Source of the DNA: a virus
Reading direction: 5' to 3' (one strand)
Virus record (IMG/VR): IMGVR_UViG_3300042991_000131
Coordinates: 12,821 to 76,820 of that record
Length of the DNA: 64,000 nucleotides
The notes beneath the pieces were generated by a model that was given only the letters and a program-made list of their open reading frames with translations, made no database searches and was not told where the DNA came from. A program made the position numbers and the translations under genes. Shown here in pieces: positions 49,020 through 55,716 of this stretch. The stretch's first letter is position 1; every line of letters starts with the position of its first letter.

Positions 49020-49453
49020 ATTGTACATTATGGTGCGCAAGCTATTTGCTTGGTATTGCTCCGTCTAAGTTAATCACAGAGATAGGACACTCCGGCGAAG
49101 AGATTCTTTGGCCGGAGTATACAGACTCGCGCAAGTATCGCGGCTACTCGATAGCAGAAGTGCAAGATTGTTTTTGGATGCGTCACCAACTCCTGGCGCC
49201 TATCTTTCTGTTCCCACGTATAGCGCCAGGCTTCGATGCTAAATCTATCCAGCTATGGTCTCATGAACGGGCAGGAAAACGGCTCAACTATATGACAGCC
49301 GGCCGCAGGGCTATCGTACTTGGTCAGGTCGGAGACATAGGTCATGCAGTTGTATGGGACCAGGATCACTACGTCGATGTACGCGGATTAGCCCCGAAAA
49401 CAGAGATAGCGGACTTTAGTCCGCAAGAGGTATATATCGTATGCACATGCTAA
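49016..49453 (+). CDS. Possible papain-fold (C39-like) peptidase
   Basis: N-terminal NC....ASY.L, GHAVVWD, YVD. Confidence 0.4.
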   Translation: MNCTLWCASYLLGIAPSKLITEIGHSGEEILWPEYTDSRKYRGYSIAEVQDCFWMRHQLLAPIFLFPRIAPGFDAKSIQLWSHERAGKRLNYMTAGRRAIVLGQVGDIGHAVVWDQDHYVDVRGLAPKTEIADFSPQEVYIVCTC

Positions 49454-49680
49454 GTATGCGTAGTCTTAGTGAACGTATCAACAAACTGACACCAGCACAA
49501 CGTTGGATATATAATCTTCAGCGGCATAATCTGCGCGTCAAGTCATACCCGAAGGGTCCATATGTTGCCAGGCCGTGCAGCATATGTACGTTCAGGCACC
49601 TAGAACGCAACTGTATAATCTGCGGTCGTGATTATCTTGAGATACAATTAAAAAGATTACCATACGCGATGCAAGCGTAA
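49441..49680 (+). CDS. Small Zn-binding protein
   Basis: CSIC...CIICG. Confidence 0.45.
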   Translation: MHMLSMRSLSERINKLTPAQRWIYNLQRHNLRVKSYPKGPYVARPCSICTFRHLERNCIICGRDYLEIQLKRLPYAMQA

Positions 49681-49712
49681 CTTGATTTGATTAGTGCGTG
49701 TGATACAGTCTA

Positions 49713-49768
49713 TTGGCATGGCATGTGCTAGGGGCTTGACACGATAATTGGCACGCGGGGTGCTAGGG
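49713..49768 (+). promoter_or_regulatory. Two tandem sigma54-like (-24/-12) sites
   Basis: TTGGCATGGCATGTGCT and TTGGCACGCGGGGTGCT, both GG-N10-GC and followed by AGGG. Confidence 0.5.
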
Positions 49769-49879
49769 TCCGGCCAGCGGGACCATACAGAAGGCAGACC
49801 ATGGCAAGCGACCCGTTGACACTATTCCCCGGCCCGTTAATGTCGGGGATCGCCAGCCGAAAGGGCAAACGCTAGCGAA

Positions 49880-49906
49880 TGATTTGATTAGTCCATAATC
49901 AAATCA
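49880..49906. promoter_or_regulatory. TGATTTGATTA inverted repeat, putative operator
   Basis: TGATTTGATTA-GTCCA-TAATCAAATCA. Confidence 0.6.
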
Positions 49907-49957
49907 AACCGGATGATCCAGCCTCGCGTAATCACCCCAACGCCGAAAGGCCAACGC

Positions 49958-50173
49958 ATGACCGCATATGCATCAATCAACTTCAAGACGAAGAAGGCTC
50001 TCAAGGAGGCCGTCCAACGCGGTGAACGGATTACGGTCCGTTCAATCACACCCATGGGAACGAATCAGGTCACCAGCGGCAAGGAGGCCATCGCCGGTCC
50101 TTGGTATCCTGAACCGCACAAGTGGTACGCTCAGGTGGTAATTACGGACGGTAAGATCACGAGCGTCAAGTAA
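49958..50173 (+). CDS. Small early protein
   Basis: ATG 49958; strong codon bias. Confidence 0.65.
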   Translation: MTAYASINFKTKKALKEAVQRGERITVRSITPMGTNQVTSGKEAIAGPWYPEPHKWYAQVVITDGKITSVK

Positions 50174-50222
50174 TCACGAGAACCCAGCTACTATAGTGGT
50201 AGCTGGGTTCAAGTGTCAACCC
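50171..50222 (+). repeat. Early-region intergenic hairpin element, copy 1
   Basis: TAATCACGA-[GAACCCAGCTAC/GTAGCTGGGTTC]-AAGTGTCAACCC. Confidence 0.75.
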
Positions 50223-50233
50223 AAGGAACCCTT

Positions 50234-50434
50234 ATGAACGCAGCCTCCTGTTTCTCAGTCCATGCAGGTAGCATGGGCGACGGTGTCCCGCGCTGGATGG
50301 TACGCTCATCAATCCGCCAGGCCAAGACGCATGGCTGTAATCAGTTTCCGAGCGACGGACCACGTGGCAATCGGGCTGGTGTCGCCTACTGCTTCAAGTA
50401 CCGGGCCGCGCCGGCTGAGTACAGGAAGGACTGA
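50234..50434 (+). CDS. Small early protein
   Basis: AAGGA RBS, ATG 50234. Confidence 0.5.
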   Translation: MNAASCFSVHAGSMGDGVPRWMVRSSIRQAKTHGCNQFPSDGPRGNRAGVAYCFKYRAAPAEYRKD

Positions 50435-50437
50435 GCC

Positions 50438-50653
50438 ATGCATGCCAACGACTTCATCACGAAGCGTGAAAAGCTGTGCAAGGCTCGGCATCGCGAGATA
50501 ATCACGCAGGCTATATTCACCATGCAGATGCATCTGCTCTTTTGTGAGGCTCAGCTGAGCAAGGGCTGGGATGACGACGCCGAGAAAAGCGACGAGGTCT
50601 ACGAGACCTGGGTCGACCAGCTTGAGGCAGAGATAGAGGCGCTGAGCAAATAA
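50438..50653 (+). CDS. Small early protein
   Basis: RBS; acidic C-terminus. Confidence 0.55.
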   Translation: MHANDFITKREKLCKARHREIITQAIFTMQMHLLFCEAQLSKGWDDDAEKSDEVYETWVDQLEAEIEALSK

Positions 50654-50702
50654 CTTGTAGGCCAGGTCGGATTATCCGGCCTGGCCTTAAGTGTCGAACC
50701 CC
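50651..50702 (+). repeat. Early-region intergenic hairpin element, copy 2 (divergent)
   Basis: AGGCCAGGTCGGA-TTA-TCCGGCCTGGCCT-TAAGTGTCGAACCC. Confidence 0.6.
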
Positions 50703-50722
50703 AAAGCCGAAAGGGCTTACCC

Positions 50723-51073
50723 ATGTTCATCCTCACCCGTTCCACCAATCGCCCTGGCCTGACCGATCCGGTCGGAGTCGGTGGCCCCGTCCAGCTGAGT
50801 TCCTTCCTCAATAAGCTGCGCCCGCGTGATCGCAGCGCGATAATCGCCCTGGAGCCTGGCCAGCGCGCTCCCGCGATCCTCTGCCCGTTCGATGGCGACA
50901 TCGGCTTCCCGGTCGAGGTCTTCCGCTGCCCCGGTGGCAACGAGCATGACGCACACTTCAACGGTGCGCTCAAGGCTGCGCGTGAGGGTGTGCCTTCGCC
51001 ACTCAATAATCTCACGATGCGTCAGGCCAGGATCGTGAACAGCGCCTTGAGTGTTGCAAGTATGAAGCACTAA
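50723..51073 (+). CDS. Early protein
   Basis: Lies between two hairpin elements. Confidence 0.55.
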   Translation: MFILTRSTNRPGLTDPVGVGGPVQLSSFLNKLRPRDRSAIIALEPGQRAPAILCPFDGDIGFPVEVFRCPGGNEHDAHFNGALKAAREGVPSPLNNLTMRQARIVNSALSVASMKH

Positions 51074-51122
51074 TCACGAGAAGCCAGGCATCGTAGTGGT
51101 GCCTGGCTTCAAGTGTCAACCC
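51071..51122 (+). repeat. Early-region intergenic hairpin element, copy 3
   Basis: TAATCACGA-[GAAGCCAGGCATC/GGTGCCTGGCTTC]-AAGTGTCAACCC. Confidence 0.75.
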
Positions 51123-51136
51123 TAATAAGGCACCAT

Positions 51137-51454
51137 ATGCTCACCCCACTCAATGCCAAGTACGCCAAAGCCAAGCAGCCTGTAATCTGCTTTGAAGACT
51201 ACCAGTTCGGGCTTGGAACTGCAATACAGATCTATGATCGTGCTGAACGTGAGTGTGTCTGTACTGCTAGCGTGAATGTCGGTGGACTTGAATCTGGGCA
51301 CATTGCAATCAAAGACTATAGCGAGAATGAAGGCATACTTGCCTGGCTGATCGAGAACAAGATTGTTAGCAAACCAGTTCGGTTTGTTGGTTCCGGTTAC
51401 GTCGAGATTCCGATCTGCAAGTTACTTGTTGATTGTAAGGCTGGTATTGAATGA
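51137..51454 (+). CDS. DUF4313-like protein
   Basis: IKDYSENEG.L.WL.....V......SGYV motif. Confidence 0.55.
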   Translation: MLTPLNAKYAKAKQPVICFEDYQFGLGTAIQIYDRAERECVCTASVNVGGLESGHIAIKDYSENEGILAWLIENKIVSKPVRFVGSGYVEIPICKLLVDCKAGIE

Positions 51455-51786
51455 TTATCAAATGGCTAGGTGAGGCAATAACTGGCTTAGAGACTGGCGA
51501 GATACGCAGAGTAAGAACATATACAGGATTCAAGATACTGCTTGAGTTACGCGATGGCAGCGGCGATCTTGGCTGGTTCGATTTAAAGGATATCGAACCG
51601 GCTGATACCGATGCTAAGGTGCTGTTAACTAGATTAAAGCGTATTGCGCACTATAGACGCAAGATGTGCGATATGTGTAACGGTACTGGTCGTATTAGTA
51701 ATCACAAGTGTCCAGTGTGCTTCGCTGGTGAAGTAGTAGACCTTGAACAATTAAAGGTAGCCAATGAACATCCACTCTCCCGCTGA
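51451..51786 (+). CDS. Protein with DnaJ-type Zn finger
   Basis: CDMCNGTG...CPVC. Confidence 0.5.
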   Translation: MIIKWLGEAITGLETGEIRRVRTYTGFKILLELRDGSGDLGWFDLKDIEPADTDAKVLLTRLKRIAHYRRKMCDMCNGTGRISNHKCPVCFAGEVVDLEQLKVANEHPLSR

Positions 51787-52000
51787 AGTAATCGAAACGA
51801 TGTGTCTCTTGACACATGACGCCAATGATGTGTCAATTGAGGTTGAGTACGAGACGATTATCGTCAAGGCACAGAAGGTGAACAGTTTCTCGATGCGCTG
51901 GTCATATGAGGGCTACGGCAACGAGCGCGTGCGACAGATTGCTAAAGAGTATCACTTAGTGCTGATGAAAGCTCAGCGTGAAGAGAATAAGCCTTACTAA
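51764..52000 (+). CDS. Hypothetical protein
   Basis: Operon packing. Confidence 0.5.
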   Translation: MNIHSPAEVIETMCLLTHDANDVSIEVEYETIIVKAQKVNSFSMRWSYEGYGNERVRQIAKEYHLVLMKAQREENKPY

Positions 52001-52007
52001 AGGAAAC

Positions 52008-52344
52008 ATGACACAAACTATACAATCAATACGTGTGCTTACAACAGCATATAAGCTAGGCTACAGAATAACAAAAGCTGGTATAGCGTTGGGTCCTAAT
52101 TTTAATCTGCTCAGGCAAGAAACACCAGATTAAAGTACATAGACTACAAGCATATCAGAAGTATGGTGACAAAATATTTGAGAAATACTTAGAAGTTAGA
52201 CACAAGAATAGCAATAAAATGGACAATACTTGGGATAATATTTTATTAGGCACTCATAGTGCCAATATGATGGATGTACCTAGAGAAGTTAGAGTTGAGC
52301 GTGCAATTAATGCCAATAATCTAAAATTGGCAACTCCGTACTGA
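52008..52344 (+). pseudogene. Frameshifted HNH endonuclease
   Basis: 41-aa ORF ending TAA, then +1 frame VHRLQAYQKYGDKIF...VRHKNSNKMDN.WDNI homologous to 24838-25359. Confidence 0.75.
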
Positions 52345-52454
52345 TGAGTCCTGAGTGGACGAAACATGGTTAGCTTGAACCGAGTGGTGCGTTACTAAAG
52401 GGTGAAACCCTTTGACCCTCACCTAAATAGCTAATCATGTATACGGCAGAGAGT
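52333..52454 (+). ncRNA. Type I hammerhead ribozyme
   Basis: Stem I CCGTA/TACGG, CTGATGA core, stem II GTCC/GGAC, GAAA, 11-bp stem III, GUA cleavage triplet ending 52441. Confidence 0.9.
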
Positions 52455-53146
52455 AATCGATGGTGAACGTGCTATAAGCACCGGATGGCCTCCCTGGCTG
52501 TTCACTGACCAAGATTACTCGAAGCAAAGTGGCCATAAGCCAGCCACTGAAAACATATAGGCATAGGATTAAGGCAGCAGGATCAAAGACGTAGTGCCGG
52601 AACAAGGGTACAAGATACGGGAAACAAGTTGGGACAATCCGAAAGGAGGGAGCCTGCTGAGTTACCGGTTGCCTGTGACGCTACATAATCTTTGGGAACA
52701 TACGGTTGGCTTAGCCAACAAACCGAAGCCGGTGACATGGCTGCGGTGCTGCTGATTGCTGGGAACGGTGTAGCTGACGCTACACGCCTGAGACCCTATC
52801 CGGCTTAGTCACCCAATCAGTGACCGGACAAATATGGGATACGAGCGTCAACTCGCGGCCCTAGATAATAGAGAAGATGGTAGGACCTACTATCTAATCC
52901 ATCAGTGGGGACGCGCCGATAGTCGCAGGCCCACATTAATCTCTAAGGTGCTAGTAAGTATATTGTGGAAGCTGTAATCGCGATTCCCTTAGGTGGAGCA
53001 GCGACCAGTCAGCGGACTTCTGGCCTAGTACCTGACAAGCTAATCGGCCGCACGGTTGGCCTCTGTTAATGAGCGGAAGGTGTACCGGATGTTTGCCGTG
53101 TCCGGAACCATAGACAGGATTAGGGCAACCTGATTCAACGGCGTTT
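52451..53146 (+). ncRNA. Candidate large structured ncRNA (~700 nt)
   Basis: No ORF of 60 aa or more; many nested helices, GNRA loops, two possible pseudoknots; between ribozyme and tRNA array. Confidence 0.6.
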
Positions 53147-53229
53147 CGGGGTATGTTGGAATAGCAGACAAAACTGATTTAAAATCAGTCGGCAGAAATG
53201 CCATCCGAGTGCAAGTCTCGGTACCCCGA
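53147..53229 (+). tRNA. tRNA-Leu(TAA)
   Basis: CGGGGTA/TACCCCG, loop TTTAAAA, long variable arm, no encoded CCA. Confidence 0.85.
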
Positions 53230-53234
53230 TTAAT

Positions 53235-53318
53235 GCCTGTATGGCGTAACTAGCAGCCGCGATAGCTTTAGGAGCTATTGTCCGTAAGGACGTGTCAGTG
53301 CAAGTCTGACTACAGGTA
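53235..53318 (+). tRNA. tRNA-Leu(TAG)
   Basis: GCCTGTA/TACAGGT, loop TTTAGGA, long variable arm. Confidence 0.85.
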
Positions 53319-53325
53319 ATCTTTT

Positions 53326-53400
53326 GGGCCGTTCGTACAACGGTTAGTACACGGGTCTTATAAGCCTGTTACGATTGTTCGACTCAATCACGGCCTACCA
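53326..53400 (+). tRNA. tRNA-Ile(TAT)
   Basis: GGGCCGT/ACGGCCT, loop CTTATAA, TTCGACT, encoded CCA. Confidence 0.85.
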
Positions 53401-53411
53401 CAAGGATAATC

Positions 53412-53879
53412 ATGGCAGTCTGGAGACAAACAACACTGGTAGATTATTTAGAAGTTAGCGACGAGGGTGGACTTAGAAACAAGCACACCAAGTTACCATA
53501 TGAACTGTCTATGACTAAGAGCGGATACTACAGTATCCACGTGACAGCACATGAGAAATATTTCCTGCACGTGCTTATAGCCGCAGCTTTCTTAGGTCCG
53601 GCAAACGGATTAGAGGTTGATCATAAGGATAGAAATAAGCGCAATAATCGGCTGACTAATCTTTGGTATAGAACTCACGCTCAGAATTGTCAGAATAGAA
53701 TTAGCAATAATAAGGGCGTATTAAATAATACTACAAGGTTAACTGAGAATGACGTTAAAGAGATTAGAAGGCAGTGCCTATTTGGCATTACTTATGCAGA
53801 ATTAGGTAGGAAGTACAAAATGCACCCTGATTCAGTCAGAAGTGCAGCAGTCGGTAAAACTTGGTCACATATTAAGTAA
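53412..53879 (+). CDS. HNH homing endonuclease with C-terminal HTH
   Basis: LHVLIA.AF...VDHKDRNKRNNRLTNL. Confidence 0.85.
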   Translation: MAVWRQTTLVDYLEVSDEGGLRNKHTKLPYELSMTKSGYYSIHVTAHEKYFLHVLIAAAFLGPANGLEVDHKDRNKRNNRLTNLWYRTHAQNCQNRISNNKGVLNNTTRLTENDVKEIRRQCLFGITYAELGRKYKMHPDSVRSAAVGKTWSHIK

Positions 53880-53925
53880 CCAGCAGCTAATTGCTGCATA
53901 ACGCCGTAAGGCACTAGGATAGAAA

Positions 53926-54474
53926 ATGTCGATTAACCCATCACGCGAACAGACCCGTCTGAACAAGACGATCCAGCAGATCAAGGACACGGAAAAGGAA
54001 GTGGCCAGCCTCACTTCCAAGGCGACCAACATCCGCGAGCACTTCCACGCGCCCACCGCGACCCTCAACACGAACCTGGCCAAGATCGACGCCCTCGTCG
54101 TCGCTCGCCAGGACGCGCTGCTGCGTCTGGAGGCCAACGCCTATCCCGATGACGATAATCGTCAGATGGACGCGGCCCAGGTCAAGGCTGCCGAAGAGTC
54201 GATCAAGAGGCTGGCCGAGGAAAACAGCTGCATTCAGGGCGAACTGAATACCCTGCACGCCACCTTCGACGCCCAGCTCGCCGAGCTGATGCATGCCTCG
54301 GGCATCCACGACCTGGCCATCTGTGCGCTCCTGGTCACCAAGCAGCAGCAGGAGGCCGCACTCCAGAGGCAGGAGGCCGATTACCCGGTGAAGCTGAAGC
54401 GCCACCTGAACCGTTGCCGCCGTCAGGGCATCGCCGATGCGCGGCTCAGCGCGCCGAAGAAGCGTGTCGCGTGA
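53926..54474 (+). CDS. Coiled-coil early protein
   Basis: GC3-rich helical ORF with RBS. Confidence 0.65.
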   Translation: MSINPSREQTRLNKTIQQIKDTEKEVASLTSKATNIREHFHAPTATLNTNLAKIDALVVARQDALLRLEANAYPDDDNRQMDAAQVKAAEESIKRLAEENSCIQGELNTLHATFDAQLAELMHASGIHDLAICALLVTKQQQEAALQRQEADYPVKLKRHLNRCRRQGIADARLSAPKKRVA

Positions 54475-54683
54475 ACCTCTACAAGACACATGGCAAGGGA
54501 GCAGCCATGGGTTCGCGCTGCGTAATCGCGGCGCCGACCGAACTCCGGGCCAAACAGATCCACTATCTGGAGACTGGCTACATCTGCGAGCGGATCGAGT
54601 GCGTACAGACGGAACTGGAGGCCAGCATCGCTGGTAATCCGCTGTCTGAATACTGCTTCTTCATCTGGAACGGGGACTACTGA
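54471..54683 (+). CDS. Hypothetical protein
   Basis: GTGA coupling. Confidence 0.5.
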   Translation: MNLYKTHGKGAAMGSRCVIAAPTELRAKQIHYLETGYICERIECVQTELEASIAGNPLSEYCFFIWNGDY

Positions 54684-54964
54684 TGCAGCCACTTATTGAT
54701 GACTCTACGGTAGCCGAGGTACTGATCCTGTCTGGCTACCGTAGGGTCAGCAATAAGTTCAAGACTGTTGCCAGAGTCGATAGGCCGGGTCCATGCAAAC
54801 TAGGTTCCGATTACTACCGCAGAGTCAACAGTCGTGATGCAGTCACGGTATCGGCAAATGTATACAACCTCATGCGCAATTGCCGAGACTGTGATTACTG
54901 TCCGCTACATCCTTTAGTTAAGGTACTCCATGTTAATCAAGTTATCAAAAATACGCGATCATAA
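54683..54964 (+). CDS. Hypothetical protein
   Basis: TGATG coupling. Confidence 0.5.
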   Translation: MQPLIDDSTVAEVLILSGYRRVSNKFKTVARVDRPGPCKLGSDYYRRVNSRDAVTVSANVYNLMRNCRDCDYCPLHPLVKVLHVNQVIKNTRS

Positions 54965-55217
54965 CTTTATATTATCCGATCGTGTCAAGATGCAGCTGAA
55001 TGCCATCGGCCCCGGTCCGATTGTCTCACCATTCGGTAATGAATACATCATACTGAGTGGTCGATTAGATGTGGCTGTTGCTAAGATGCAGTTGCACTCA
55101 GAGATTGAGTGTCATATCGTCGAGTCAGAAGCCGCGGAAAACGTCATCTTCACCATCCAACCCCTTGAACCCCATGACAACAATCCCAATCAATCAGATA
55201 GCACCGTTCAGCGTTAA
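54930..55217 (+). CDS. Stand-alone ParB/Srx N-terminal-like domain
   Basis: IKLSKI...PIV.....YIILSG....AK.....EIECHIVE. Confidence 0.45.
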   Translation: MLIKLSKIRDHNFILSDRVKMQLNAIGPGPIVSPFGNEYIILSGRLDVAVAKMQLHSEIECHIVESEAAENVIFTIQPLEPHDNNPNQSDSTVQR

Positions 55218-55461
55218 CCTAAGCGATAAAGCTGAGAATCAGCTAATCGCACTGGCCAGGCTGCATACGAATGCTCAGTGCCCGATCCTGGTCTGTGAGA
55301 CAGGAACACAGCCGCCTTATATGGTACTGCATGGGATACTCAGGCTGGCAATCGCACGGGATCATGGCATAAAAGAAGCCAACTGCCTGATCGTCGAAGT
55401 GCAATGCGTCTTTGATGACGGCCAACTCACCATCACCAACCTAGGGCCAATCCGGTCCTAG
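55174..55461 (+). CDS. Stand-alone ParB/Srx N-terminal-like domain
   Basis: IPINQI...PILV......YMVLHGILRLAIARDHGIKEANCLIVE. Confidence 0.55.
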   Translation: MTTIPINQIAPFSVNLSDKAENQLIALARLHTNAQCPILVCETGTQPPYMVLHGILRLAIARDHGIKEANCLIVEVQCVFDDGQLTITNLGPIRS

Positions 55462-55477
55462 GTTATTTTCGTTTTTA
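55438..55477 (+). terminator. Intrinsic terminator
   Basis: AACCTAGGGCC/GGTCCTAGGTT then ATTTTCGTTTTT. Confidence 0.6.
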
Positions 55478-55488
55478 AGGAACATGCT

Positions 55489-55716
55489 ATGGTAGTAATC
55501 TACCCAACCCCAATACCCATCCACTCAGACACCGGCATCCTGCATGCCGTTGGCGCGTATGCGAGCCGAAAGTATCGCGACATGGTGCTAATCTTCCAGA
55601 CGGGAGAGAAGCGCTACATCCACATGACTGCCGAGGGCAAAAGGCGTGTTGGTAGCACGACGCGGATCAAGCGGCCGTCCTACAATTCGTTTGAGAAGGA
55701 GGGCTGGCTGTCATGA
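55489..55716 (+). CDS. Hypothetical protein
   Basis: RBS, packing. Confidence 0.5.
   Translation: MVVIYPTPIPIHSDTGILHAVGAYASRKYRDMVLIFQTGEKRYIHMTAEGKRRVGSTTRIKRPSYNSFEKEGWLS

Noticed and set aside
50171-51122. CRISPR array or integron attC sites
   Set aside because: Spacers are whole genes, repeats vary in stem sequence, RYYYAAC/GTTRRRY ends are lacking and no cas or integrase gene is seen.
52462-52540. HDV-like/theta ribozyme
   Set aside because: GCC-TCCCT-GGC resembles P3/L3, but L3 is too short and the GG of P1.1 and a proper P2 partner are missing.
52560-53146. Group I intron, tmRNA or RNase P identity for the large RNA
   Set aside because: TAGTCG at 52920 resembles P7' but there is no matching GACTA strand or split gene; tmRNA tRNA-like ends and the RNase P GAGGAAAGTCC signature are absent.
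52008-53879. IscB/HEARO (OMEGA) RNA-guided system
   Set aside because: Flanking proteins are short phage HNH homing endonucleases without PLMP or RuvC motifs.
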